From NCBI GenBank assembly GCA_965208325.1, contig OZ242326.1:832001-896000 (forward strand): a stretch of 64,000 nt of DNA. Reading direction: 5' to 3'. The stretch is from Candidatus Poribacteria bacterium (GTDB lineage Bacteria > Poribacteria > WGA-4E > PCPOR2b). The position numbers and the translations under genes are program-made. A model generated the notes under the pieces. The model was given only the letters and a program-made list of their open reading frames with translations, searched no databases and was not told where the DNA came from. This document shows positions 19,939-29,893 of this stretch, one piece after another (positions within the stretch are counted from its first letter, which is position 1; the number at the start of each line of letters is the position of its first letter).

Positions 19939-21207
19939 TTAATTCAACGACTGCAATACATCAAAGTAAGTCGGGAAGGTTTTGTTGACGCAACTAGGAT
20001 TTTTTATTCGAATACCCGGCACTTTCAATCCAATCAGAGAGAAACTCATGGCGATTCGGTGATCGTTATACGTGTCAATTGCCGCAGGCGTAATCCTCGA
20101 CGGAGAAATTTCGACACCGTCCTTGCCCTCGACAACTTTCACACCCAGTTTTCGTAGTTCTGTGACCGTGGCGTGAATGCGGTCTGATTCTTGCCAGCGA
20201 GTATGTCCAATATTGCGAATGCCCACTTTGCTGGCGGCGAAAGGAGCGATTGCAGCCAACGTGGGCCAAGTGTCCGAAATTGCGTTCATGTCTATATCTA
20301 TCCCCTTAAGCTGCTTAGCTCCAATTACTTCACACCCACCACGTTTCCAATTGACCTGGCACCCCATTTTTTCCAGCACATCTACGAAATGCACATCTCC
20401 CTGAACAGAGTCCGTATTGAGGTTATCTACTTCGACGCGGCCGCCTGTGAGCGCCGCGGCTGCAAAGAAGTAGGATGCGCTTGAGGCGTCAGGTTCAATT
20501 AAAAACTCGCAGGCTTGATACTTCTGTCTACCTTCAATGTGGAAGGACCGATAGTTGTCGTGGGTCACAGCCACACCGAACGCCTTCATTACGGACAGGG
20601 TCATGTCAATATACGGCGTTTTAATTTTGTCTGTGATTTCGACCTCTATACCTTCTTTTGTATATGGTGCAACGAGCATTATCGATGTCAAGAACTGGCT
20701 ACTTTTGTTGGTATTCAGTCGGGTTTTTCCACCTTCAAATCCATTTGCATTGACAATGGCAGGAAGAAATCCGTTGTCGTATACTGAGCGCACATCAACG
20801 CCAAGTTGCTGCAGCGCATCGAGCAGATTAGCGATCGGACGGGTCCGGCGCATGGGTTCGTCACCATCAATGACGAAATTGCCTTTCCCGAGCGCAACAT
20901 AACTCACAAGTGACCGCGATGTCGTTCCGGAATTGCCGACGTAGAGTTCAGCGTGATTGACAGGGATTTTACCGCCGTTGCCAGCAACCCAAAACGTGCA
21001 CCGATCTTCGTTCGCTTCGATCTCTACCCCGAGTTCTCGCAGGGCGGTGCACATGTAACGGGTGTCATCGCTGAATAGCGCCCCGGTTAGCTGAGAACGC
21101 CCTTCAGCGAGCGCAGCAACCAACAACGCCCGGTTTGTGAAACTCTTGGAACCGGGAATTGCGACTGCCGCATCAATTGAGCTCTTAACGGGTTGAATCT
21201 CGATCAT
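19939..21207 (-). CDS. aroA: 3-phosphoshikimate 1-carboxyvinyltransferase (EPSP synthase)
   Basis: PGSKSFTNR, GNSGT, SSQF, EPDASSASY, ESDR and DHRIAM motifs. Confidence 0.96.
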   Translation of the reverse strand: MIEIQPVKSSIDAAVAIPGSKSFTNRALLVAALAEGRSQLTGALFSDDTRYMCTALRELGVEIEANEDRCTFWVAGNGGKIPVNHAELYVGNSGTTSRSLVSYVALGKGNFVIDGDEPMRRTRPIANLLDALQQLGVDVRSVYDNGFLPAIVNANGFEGGKTRLNTNKSSQFLTSIMLVAPYTKEGIEVEITDKIKTPYIDMTLSVMKAFGVAVTHDNYRSFHIEGRQKYQACEFLIEPDASSASYFFAAAALTGGRVEVDNLNTDSVQGDVHFVDVLEKMGCQVNWKRGGCEVIGAKQLKGIDIDMNAISDTWPTLAAIAPFAASKVGIRNIGHTRWQESDRIHATVTELRKLGVKVVEGKDGVEISPSRITPAAIDTYNDHRIAMSFSLIGLKVPGIRIKNPSCVNKTFPTYFDVLQSLN

Positions 21208-21356
21208 GCTTTTGCGGATTTTCAGCTTAAGTCAGTGTACATTTCTTGTCGGCTCGATTTCACCATTAAACGTTGTGATACTGTCGAATCCACAGAATCG
21301 GGAATTGAGTTCTACTTTCCATAGTCCGAGAATTAAGCGGTGAATTTTAGCAATAT

Positions 21357-22253
21357 TTAGACCAGTCCGTGTTCAACCAACAGCTTTCTCAATTCACCTT
21401 TCGCGCCGTCATTGAGCGGCATTAGAGGGCTCGTCGTGTAATCACGGCAGATGTCTAGGATTTGCATGCATGCCTTCATACAACTGACTCCAGCGCCATA
21501 GGCGTAGAGCTTGCTCAGCTTTAGCAACCGTGCTTGCAAACGCTGCACCTCATCAAAATTTCGGTTTTTCGCGGCGTCATATAGCTGGACTGAGGTTTTT
21601 GGATCAATATTCGATATTGAGATTACCGCACCTTCTGCGCCGAATGTAATCGCCGCACCTGCCATTGTGTACGAGCCAATCAGTATTGAAAAACGTCCGT
21701 CATCTCCTAGATAGGTGAACATTTTGAGAAAATTTGTCCAATCCCCGGAACTATCTTTGATTCCAACGATGTTTTTATGCCGTACCGCCAAGTCTCTGAC
21801 AATCTCTGGCTTAATCGCGGTTTTGACCATCATTGGAATGTTGTAAATGACAAAAGGTAAATCGGTGCTCTGGGCGGCCGTACTGTAAAAAGTCTTGATG
21901 TCATCATCGCTGCTTGATGGGTAGTAGTATGGAGGCGTTGAGGCAACCGCATCAACCTTGAGTTCTTGCGCCATCTCGATATTTTGAATGACGCGACGGG
22001 TACTCGAATCCATCACCCCACAAATAATCGGCACACGTCCGCCGATTGTGTTTACCGCAATTTCGATTGCCCGTTGACGCTCCGCATTGGTGAGCGAAAC
22101 GAACTCGCCGGAACTGCCCAGCAAGTAGATGCCGTGTACACCGCTGTCGATTAAACGGTTGAGATGCCTTACAAACCCTAATTCATCAACGCGTTCTTTC
22201 GCGTCTAGCGGCGTTATCGTCGGTGTAAAAATGCCTTCAAATCGTACGTCCAT
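21357..22253 (-). CDS. DapA/NAL family class I aldolase (probably a keto-deoxy sugar acid aldolase rather than true DapA)
   Basis: GSSGEF, YNIP and Schiff-base GIKDSSG motifs. Confidence 0.85.
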   Translation of the reverse strand: MDVRFEGIFTPTITPLDAKERVDELGFVRHLNRLIDSGVHGIYLLGSSGEFVSLTNAERQRAIEIAVNTIGGRVPIICGVMDSSTRRVIQNIEMAQELKVDAVASTPPYYYPSSSDDDIKTFYSTAAQSTDLPFVIYNIPMMVKTAIKPEIVRDLAVRHKNIVGIKDSSGDWTNFLKMFTYLGDDGRFSILIGSYTMAGAAITFGAEGAVISISNIDPKTSVQLYDAAKNRNFDEVQRLQARLLKLSKLYAYGAGVSCMKACMQILDICRDYTTSPLMPLNDGAKGELRKLLVEHGLV

Positions 22254-22289
22254 GATGATTATCTCCTCATTTTATGCAATGATAAACTT

Positions 22290-22319
22290 AGTTTAACAGA
22301 AAAATTAACCTAGTGTCAA
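22290..22319 (-). promoter_or_regulatory. Putative sigma-70 promoter for the aldolase
   Basis: Minus strand TTGACA-N18-TAAACT with TG extension. Confidence 0.5.
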
Positions 22320-22380
22320 TAACTTGCGTTGGGCTACTCTTTCCAAAAATATAATCCCATTGGCATGCCCTAAACGATTG

Positions 22381-22409
22381 TTGACTTACCCAATAATCTG
22401 TGGTATGAT
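22381..22409 (+). promoter_or_regulatory. Putative sigma-70 promoter for the RLP operon
   Basis: TTGACT-N17-TATGAT with TG extension. Confidence 0.55.
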
Positions 22410-22523
22410 TGATTTTGCCTGACAGTCAATTTCACAGTCCAATTACACCCGTTCCCATTTCGGATTCTACGACCCGAATCGTTACCGTTATTAACTCTTG
22501 AACGCACACAGAAAAAATACATT

Positions 22524-23951
22524 ATGACACTCGTCGAAACCACAAAGCTTGAATTACTCTTGAGCGACGGAGACGCGCGTGAAATGTGTCTCCGCGAGAT
22601 TGTCGAAGAACGGCTCACAACAACACCGCCGCCGGTTTTAGAGGGTTACATTGTAGCGACCTACTTTCTGTCCCTCCGCACACTAACGCTGCAGGAGGCG
22701 GCCGAAGAGATTAGCTATCACGCCAGCAGCGGTGACAGACACCCGCCAGCGGGTTCATTATTGGAAGAGTGCACCGCCAAGGTAGTCGGTGTTGATGAGT
22801 TCGATTGCAGCAAACGGCTGGGTCTGTTGCACATGGCATTTCCCTTGAAAATGATGTCCCAACCTGACGGTCATTTAACCTCTTGTGACATGCTCCACAC
22901 AATGGCAGGCGCAATTATTTTTGATGTTTATGAAAATCAGGATGCCCGGCTAGTTTCCTTGAATATCCCGGAGAAGGTAATCCAAACCTTTCCGGGGCCT
23001 GCGCACGGCATGAGAGGAATTCGGCAGCTTACGGGATTTCCGTCCGCCCAACCCGCTTTTGGCACAATCCTAAAACCGACCGCCGGAATTACTCCGAATG
23101 AGGTTGGCCAGCTTGTAGAAGAAGTAGCGAGATGTCCTCTATTTCTCTTCGTAAAGGAAGACGAAAACCTCTACCCCAACCTAGATTATTCCCCGGCCGC
23201 CGAACGCACACGACAAGCTGTGGACGCCATTGAGCGCGCCCAGGATGAGCGTGGTGGACTAGGACTCATTTTCGCACCGCATATCAGCGGTGCGCCACAT
23301 GAGATTTTGGAAACGGTACATGCCGTGCTAGATGCGGGTTCCAGCGGTGTTATGTTCAGCGAGACATTTGCAGGCGGAACTGTTCGCATGGTGCGCGAAG
23401 CCACAAAAAACCTAAGTACGCCCCCAATCATCTATGGCCACAACGCGGGAATTGGCGTAAAGACGCGTGCAATATGGCGCGAGATTATCGATCTGCTAGC
23501 ACGGCTAGACGGAATTGATTTACGCCAGACATCGCCGGTACGACCGGGAACACCATTTTTGCGACCTTACGGCGCAGAATGGGAGGCATCCGAGGAAATT
23601 CTCACCCGCCGGTTGTCTGGTATTCACCCAACCGCAATCGTTCGTGCAGGTTCACTAGATCAGGGCAACATTTGTATCAATCTGGCGGACGCCGAGAAAC
23701 GCGGACGCCGCGAAAACGTCATGTTTGTGTCGGGGTCCGCAATTAACTCCATCAAAAATTCAGCAGGCAAAACCGACCCAAGAATTGGCGTGGAAGCGAT
23801 GCTGCAAGCTATAGAGGTTCATGACTCGAATGAATTACGGGACGTACCAATGGAGGATCACGTCGCAGCGCTGATGGCGATTGCAGAACACAAACAGCTC
23901 AAGGCTTTACGCGAATCGCTGCGTCAACGGTATCCCGGTAAAACAGTTTAA
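22524..23951 (+). CDS. RuBisCO-like protein (form IV/RLP), divergent
   Basis: FPGPAHG..GIR, GTILKP, FVKEDEN carbamate/Mg motif, YGHNAG; several carboxylase residues substituted. Confidence 0.88.
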   Translation: MTLVETTKLELLLSDGDAREMCLREIVEERLTTTPPPVLEGYIVATYFLSLRTLTLQEAAEEISYHASSGDRHPPAGSLLEECTAKVVGVDEFDCSKRLGLLHMAFPLKMMSQPDGHLTSCDMLHTMAGAIIFDVYENQDARLVSLNIPEKVIQTFPGPAHGMRGIRQLTGFPSAQPAFGTILKPTAGITPNEVGQLVEEVARCPLFLFVKEDENLYPNLDYSPAAERTRQAVDAIERAQDERGGLGLIFAPHISGAPHEILETVHAVLDAGSSGVMFSETFAGGTVRMVREATKNLSTPPIIYGHNAGIGVKTRAIWREIIDLLARLDGIDLRQTSPVRPGTPFLRPYGAEWEASEEILTRRLSGIHPTAIVRAGSLDQGNICINLADAEKRGRRENVMFVSGSAINSIKNSAGKTDPRIGVEAMLQAIEVHDSNELRDVPMEDHVAALMAIAEHKQLKALRESLRQRYPGKTV

Positions 23952-23985
23952 CCTCGTCGCTGACCAATTACTTCAAATTATTATC

Positions 23986-25059
23986 ATGAGCAGAGAAACA
24001 CGACGCTTGCGAATCGGCGTATTGGGGTGCGGTCCGGTCGCGCAGATTGCACACCTTGACGCCTGCCGCAAAGCCCGCAACGTAGAACTATACGCTATCT
24101 GTGATGTTGCCGAGGACTTACTAAAAAAAATGTCGGCAGTCCATGAACCGCGAGTCGTCTATCGAAATTATGATGACATGCTCGATGACCAGCAGGTAGA
24201 GGCAATCATCATTGCGGCGGCAGACCAATTTCACGTAACTCTTTGCCGTCAGGCGGTCGATGCGGGAAAACATGTATTCATCGAAAAACCCCTCGGTGTA
24301 ACTGTTGAGGAATGTGAAGATTTGCTTCGTCGGATTCAAAACACCGGGCTAACGCTTCAAGTAGGTAACAACAGGCGTTTCGATCCTGCAATAGACCACG
24401 CACACTCATTCATCAAAGAGGAAATAGGACAAATCATCGCGCTTAAGTCGTGGTATTACGATTCGACCGACCGTTATACCATGACCGACAACTTACAGCC
24501 TATCCCTGTGACTAGCGTAAGCGTGAAACGTCCCGAAGGTAATCCAAAGGCGGACAAATACCAATATTTCATACTCGGACACGGCAGCCATTTAGTGGAC
24601 ACCGCGCGTTTTCTGGGCGGAGAGATTTTGAGTGTTCATGCCCGGTTTCTTGAACGGTTTGGGAGCTACTGTTGGTTTGTGAGCGTTGACTTTACAAACG
24701 GCAGCTTAGGACACTTCGACTTAATCATTGCCATACGCGGGGATTTTGAGGAGGGGTTTCAGGTTTTCGGCGAATATGGCAGCGTCCGGGGAAGAATTTA
24801 CCTGCCGTGGTACCACAAGTCTGGCCACGTTGAATGCTTCTCGGTTAAGGATGGATTGTTTCGCCGCCCACTGGGGGCGGACGCCTACACCTACAAACTA
24901 CAAATCGAAGGTTTCGCAGACACAATCCTTAATGGGGCTCCTATGCACGGTGCAAGTGTTGAGGATGGCGTCGCTGCTATGCGGGCGATGGTTGCTATTG
25001 CCCGTTCAGCAAAAACCGGCGAAAAGGTACGGCTATCGGATGTCACGGGAGGTGTCTAA
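23986..25059 (+). CDS. Gfo/Idh/MocA family NAD(P)-dependent oxidoreductase
   Basis: IGVLGCG, KHVFIEKP, GNNRRFDP; ATG at 23986 preferred over the ORF-track start. Confidence 0.9.
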   Translation: MSRETRRLRIGVLGCGPVAQIAHLDACRKARNVELYAICDVAEDLLKKMSAVHEPRVVYRNYDDMLDDQQVEAIIIAAADQFHVTLCRQAVDAGKHVFIEKPLGVTVEECEDLLRRIQNTGLTLQVGNNRRFDPAIDHAHSFIKEEIGQIIALKSWYYDSTDRYTMTDNLQPIPVTSVSVKRPEGNPKADKYQYFILGHGSHLVDTARFLGGEILSVHARFLERFGSYCWFVSVDFTNGSLGHFDLIIAIRGDFEEGFQVFGEYGSVRGRIYLPWYHKSGHVECFSVKDGLFRRPLGADAYTYKLQIEGFADTILNGAPMHGASVEDGVAAMRAMVAIARSAKTGEKVRLSDVTGGV

Positions 25060-25293
25060 TGCAAATCTCCGTATCGGGTTCACGTTAAACTAGCTTGAAG
25101 ACATTAACAAGAATCAAACAATCACGACAGTCGGCAAATATGATTGTTATTCGACGTCATTACATGGCCTCACCGAACGCTTGAAATGGTGAATCTGGAG
25201 AGTTGATAGCTGCCGTATTACATTGAATTCAGCGGAGACATCGGGAAATCGTCCGATAAGATTTTAACCACATATACTAATTGGTGTCCTCTA

Positions 25294-26895
25294 ATGTGCT
25301 TCCAACGACCGGCTAGAAATTGTGCGCGTATTGAAGAGCGGAGTCGCCTGAGCTTGTATCCAACACTGGGGTACGTCCTTTCGGTAATTTTGATTGGGGT
25401 GGTGCTCACTACGAATTTAGCTTTTGCGGGCACAGCCGGGACGGAGCATTTAGTGAAACGACACTTCGAGCAGGGGGTGCATTTTGTTGAAATTGGCGTA
25501 TACGACCAAGCCCTCGCTGAGATTCAAAAAGTGTTAGAACTCCAGCCGAATAATAGCGAGGCGTATTGCTTTCTTGGCGACGTGTATCAATACCAGGAGA
25601 TGTATAATGAGGCGGCGGACGCCTATCAACGAGCGCTTACACTCAATGGATCAATTCAAACACGTGGGATAGCGAACTGGTGTCTGGGCATCATCTACAA
25701 TAAACAAGGTAAATTCTTAGAGGCGGAGAAATACGGAAAGGAAGCCGTTTCATTGCTTCCAGACGCGGCTTGGACTCACTATAGATTGGGCAACATCTAC
25801 ACACAACGCGGGAAATTAGACGAAGCAACTGGCGCGTATCAAAAAGCGATTCAATTGAATCCGGAACTAGCCGAAGCATATCGTGGACTTGGGCGTACTG
25901 CGCTCATGCAAGATGATCCAGAGACCGCAATTCAATATTACCACAGCGCAGTTCAGCGAAACCCTTATGAGGAAAGTGCATACTACAATCTCGCCAAAGC
26001 GTACCGGCGCGCAAATCAATTTGAACAGGCAAAATCCCAGATGGAGTTATTCAGGGAGGTTAAAGCGTACCAAGATGCAGTCCAGGACTATCGAAAGAAG
26101 CTGAAGAATAACCCTTCTAACGTCAGTTTGTACGCGGAATTGGCGAAGGTTCATCTCGAAATCAATAACATTGACGCAGCCATCCAAGAGTTTAATATCG
26201 TGACATCTTTGTCCCCTGCGCTTGCACTCGGACATTACAATCTTGGGGCGCTCTACATGCAAAAAGGCGAGGTACAGCCAGCAATTGAGGCATTTCAAAA
26301 AGCAATTGAATTGGACGAAAACGACACCGAACCGTACATTCGTCTCGGATGGATTTTTGCCAGCCAGAAAAAGTTTGATCTCGCAAAGTTCTACCTTCAA
26401 GGTGCACTTGAACGCGATTCAAGGTTGTGGGAAGCTTATCAGGGTTTGGGTGAAATTTATGCTCAAGAAGGCGCCCTGAACGACGCGATCGCGGCGTTCA
26501 AGGCGTTGACAGAAATACAACCCAAGTCCGCCGCGGGCTGGCTGCGGCTAGGTACGATACAGGTTAAAGCCAAACAGTTCGACGAAGCTGTACATGCATT
26601 CCAAACGGCTATCCAAACGGATCCCGACCTGCCCGATTCCTATAATAATCTGGCATGGCTTTACGCCGACCGGAACATGAATCTAGCCCAAGCTGTGACA
26701 TTAGCAGAGAAGGCGGTTGCATTGAATCCGTCAGGTTCAAATCTTGACACACTTTCCTATGCCCACTACAAAAACAGAAATTATCCAGAGGCAGAGCATA
26801 TGATTCAGCGCGCCCTTGAAATCGAACCCAACAGGGATCAATACCTCAAACTCTTGAAAGAAATCCAAAACGCACGGAAGATTAACGGTAAATGA
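25294..26895 (+). CDS. Tetratricopeptide repeat protein, exported or membrane-anchored
   Basis: Many 34-aa TPR units (A-Y-x-x-LG...A...P); N-terminal hydrophobic segment; start uncertain. Confidence 0.9.
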   Translation: MCFQRPARNCARIEERSRLSLYPTLGYVLSVILIGVVLTTNLAFAGTAGTEHLVKRHFEQGVHFVEIGVYDQALAEIQKVLELQPNNSEAYCFLGDVYQYQEMYNEAADAYQRALTLNGSIQTRGIANWCLGIIYNKQGKFLEAEKYGKEAVSLLPDAAWTHYRLGNIYTQRGKLDEATGAYQKAIQLNPELAEAYRGLGRTALMQDDPETAIQYYHSAVQRNPYEESAYYNLAKAYRRANQFEQAKSQMELFREVKAYQDAVQDYRKKLKNNPSNVSLYAELAKVHLEINNIDAAIQEFNIVTSLSPALALGHYNLGALYMQKGEVQPAIEAFQKAIELDENDTEPYIRLGWIFASQKKFDLAKFYLQGALERDSRLWEAYQGLGEIYAQEGALNDAIAAFKALTEIQPKSAAGWLRLGTIQVKAKQFDEAVHAFQTAIQTDPDLPDSYNNLAWLYADRNMNLAQAVTLAEKAVALNPSGSNLDTLSYAHYKNRNYPEAEHMIQRALEIEPNRDQYLKLLKEIQNARKINGK

Positions 26896-26936
26896 AACAC
26901 CCATTATTATAACGCCGGGAGGTTGGGGATTGAACG

Positions 26937-28757
26937 TTGCAAACGCAGAAGGTTTGGGGACCGCTCCAGTCGAGTAAATTGGATTCAACAGCCAATTCTA
27001 AATGGCATTTGCCGTTCCAGGCGATGGTTTCAATAAGTTCTGCTACATTGCTCAAGCCACCGAAACAAACCTCCAATTCACTGCATGCGTTTACCTTCAT
27101 ACTCGTATGTACGCTCTTTTGTCCTTCCTCTGCAAACACCCTCCAATCGAACGCTGGCTTCATCAATATAGCGGCCGACGCTGGGATTGATTTTGAACAC
27201 ACCGACGGCAAGAGTGAATTGCGTCTCTTCAATGAATACCTCGGTGCGGGCGGCGGTTTTTTCGACTATAACAATGACGGACATCTAGACATCTATCTCG
27301 TAAACGGCGCGCTTCAAACCGATCAGCGCAAACACATCCAATCGTCCATTCCGACAAACGCCCTGTATCGAAATAACGGAGATGGTACGTTTTCTAATGT
27401 TACAAGCTCAACTGGTGCAGGCGACACCGGCTACGGCGTTGGCGCCGCAGTCGGCGATTATGACAACGACGGAGATTTGGATTTATATGTGACAAATTTT
27501 GGTGCCAATGCCTTCTATCGCAATAATGGAGACGCGACCTTCGAAGAGGTGTCATTAAACGCCGGCGTTGCAAATTTACAATGGGGGACTAGCTGTGCGT
27601 TTGCCGATGTGAACAATGACGGCTACCTCGACTTATACATTTCGAACTATGCGGATTACGCCATTGAACGGGACAAACGGTGCGTTATCAGAGGAATATG
27701 GCAATACTGCGGTCCAGGTACGTATCCGCCTGATACAGATGTCCTTTATCATAACAACGGTGACGGCACATTCTCTGATGTGTCGAACACAAGCGGGGTT
27801 TTGAACGTGCCAGCCTATCACGGCTTAGGCGTGGTTTTCGGCGATTACGACAACGACGGTGATCAAGATGTCTATGTGGCAAATGATCAGGATGCAAATT
27901 TCTTATTTCGGAATCGCGGAGATGGGGCATTTGACGAGGTGGCGTTAGCGACAGGCGTTGGGTATAGCGACATGGGTAAGGAGGAGGCGGGGATGGGAAC
28001 CGCTTTTGGCGATTACGACAATGACGGCATGCTGGATTTGACGGTGAGCAATTTTCAAAATGAAACCAATACGTTGTATCACAACCGAAGCGGAGAATAT
28101 TTTACCGATGAGACGATAACATCCGGAATTGGCGAGGTGACGTATAGCTACCTAGGGTGGGGAATTTCTTTTTTCGACTATGACAACGACGGCTACAAGG
28201 ACGTATTTGTCGCAAATGGGCACGTTTTGGATAACATCGCTGAAATCGATCGTTCCACAACGTACCCCCAGCAGAATTTGCTGTTTAGGAACCTTGGGGA
28301 CGGCACATTTGCCGATGTTACAAATCAGGCGGGGTCAGGGTTGGAGCTCCGCAAGGTCAGCCGCGGCGCCGCCTTTGGAGATTACGATAACGACGGCGAC
28401 ATTGATATCTTGATTACAAATTGGAATCAAACAGCCGATCTGTTACGAAATGACGGAGGAAATCAGAATAACTGGGTGCAGTTCAGAGCGGTTGGCGTAA
28501 ATAGCAATCGATCGGCAATTGGGGCGCGAATCAAAGTTACTTCGGGAAAATTGTCGCAATACGCCGAGGTCCAGTGCGGCGGCAGTTACCTGTCGTTCAA
28601 CGACCTGCGCGTCCATTTCGGACTTGGTAAGTCAGAAAAAGTAGATTTCATTGAAATTCGATGGCCAAGCGGGAAAATTGATAGCGCAGATAATCTGCCC
28701 GTAAATCAACTGTATGTCGTAACCGAAGGGCATGGACTATCGCAATATCAAGACTGA
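26937..28757 (+). CDS. CRTAC1 family protein (FG-GAP/VCBS repeats plus ASPIC/UnbV)
   Basis: Repeated DYDNDGDLD motifs; C-terminal SAIGARI...GGSYLS...VHFGLG...IRWPSG; start uncertain. Confidence 0.92.
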   Translation: MQTQKVWGPLQSSKLDSTANSKWHLPFQAMVSISSATLLKPPKQTSNSLHAFTFILVCTLFCPSSANTLQSNAGFINIAADAGIDFEHTDGKSELRLFNEYLGAGGGFFDYNNDGHLDIYLVNGALQTDQRKHIQSSIPTNALYRNNGDGTFSNVTSSTGAGDTGYGVGAAVGDYDNDGDLDLYVTNFGANAFYRNNGDATFEEVSLNAGVANLQWGTSCAFADVNNDGYLDLYISNYADYAIERDKRCVIRGIWQYCGPGTYPPDTDVLYHNNGDGTFSDVSNTSGVLNVPAYHGLGVVFGDYDNDGDQDVYVANDQDANFLFRNRGDGAFDEVALATGVGYSDMGKEEAGMGTAFGDYDNDGMLDLTVSNFQNETNTLYHNRSGEYFTDETITSGIGEVTYSYLGWGISFFDYDNDGYKDVFVANGHVLDNIAEIDRSTTYPQQNLLFRNLGDGTFADVTNQAGSGLELRKVSRGAAFGDYDNDGDIDILITNWNQTADLLRNDGGNQNNWVQFRAVGVNSNRSAIGARIKVTSGKLSQYAEVQCGGSYLSFNDLRVHFGLGKSEKVDFIEIRWPSGKIDSADNLPVNQLYVVTEGHGLSQYQD

Positions 28758-28803
28758 ACTCTGTATATTTATTGTAGCCGGGAACTTCACCGTTCCGATT
28801 CGG

Positions 28804-29679
28804 TTATCGCGGCCAACGGTAAGGTTGAGCCCCCTGTGAAAACTTGAGTGCAAACTCCCACCTTTGGCACCACGTCGTGTAATCGGTCTGTAGCGAATCC
28901 GGTCGTGACTGGCTTCGCATCAAGAATGCAGGATAATAGGGGCGCCCCGTCGGTTGATAAGCGTCGTGGTAGCGTAAGTCAAAACTCCATCGCACCGTGT
29001 CTGTTTTGTTCAATAGCGAGTGGTGCATCGTGTAGTTGTGGAATAGGAGTATACCGCCAGCCCGAACCGGAAGCGGTATTGGTTCTATTTGAGGGCGTTC
29101 TTCAAGCGGTATATCCAGTCCATGGGGCGAAAAAACGTGCTTCCGAAGCCCTTGTTTATGGCTACCGGGTACCACTTCAAGACAACCATTATCCAAGGTC
29201 ACATCTACGATGGGTATCCAAATTGTTAGGATAAAAAACGGGTCGGTTTCAGGCCAACAGACACCCGCGTCCTGATGCCACGGGGTCGGCCCCTTAGCGA
29301 TTTTGCCGTGCGGTAGTGTAGCTCGGATGTGTTGTATGGGGTTGCACAGAATCTCCGACCCAACGAAGGATTCCGCCAGATCCAAAATTTTGGGGTTTTT
29401 TAAGAAGTTGAAGGACGCCTCGCCGCGTGCTTGCATGATGTCCAAATTGTCAGCAATCTCTGGGGCTTCTTCAGCTAAGCAAACGAGTCGGCGCGTAAAT
29501 GGTTCATTTTCGTGCAGCGAGCTAACTCGTCCTTCGGCATAATACCGCCGCGCACGTTCATCAATGATAGCGGAATACTCCTCGATGACCGGCTGCAGGT
29601 CGTCCTCATCCAGCCAATCCTCTAGCAATAGAAATCCGTTTTCATAAAAAGACGAGACTTGCGATTCCGTTAAATGCAT
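28804..29679 (-). CDS. Phytanoyl-CoA dioxygenase (PhyH) family 2OG-Fe(II) oxygenase
   Basis: PWHQD, NGCLEVVPGSH, distal MHHS and RWSFDLRY motifs. Confidence 0.9.
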   Translation of the reverse strand: MHLTESQVSSFYENGFLLLEDWLDEDDLQPVIEEYSAIIDERARRYYAEGRVSSLHENEPFTRRLVCLAEEAPEIADNLDIMQARGEASFNFLKNPKILDLAESFVGSEILCNPIQHIRATLPHGKIAKGPTPWHQDAGVCWPETDPFFILTIWIPIVDVTLDNGCLEVVPGSHKQGLRKHVFSPHGLDIPLEERPQIEPIPLPVRAGGILLFHNYTMHHSLLNKTDTVRWSFDLRYHDAYQPTGRPYYPAFLMRSQSRPDSLQTDYTTWCQRWEFALKFSQGAQPYRWPR

Positions 29680-29893
29680 GATAATCGTGTCCTAACGTAA
29701 CAACCTAAAGTCCGCGCGTCTTAATCTTCAGCAGTCACCTTCAACAGATTGCGTGCGAGTTGCAGGAAACCCAAACAAGACAATCTCGACCTCGGACACC
29801 GCCGCAACGAAAGTAACCGCGCAACGCGGTTCTTCGCTTTTGCTCGATTGAAAGAATCAATATCAGATTGCCGCTGAAATATCGGGTTCTATA

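Noticed and set aside
21357..22253. Naming this gene dapA
   Set aside because: GSSGE instead of the usual GTTGE and no lysine-pathway context; family-level call only
22524..23951. Carbon-fixing RuBisCO / Calvin cycle
   Set aside because: Several essential carboxylase residues appear substituted, and there is no small subunit or phosphoribulokinase in the window
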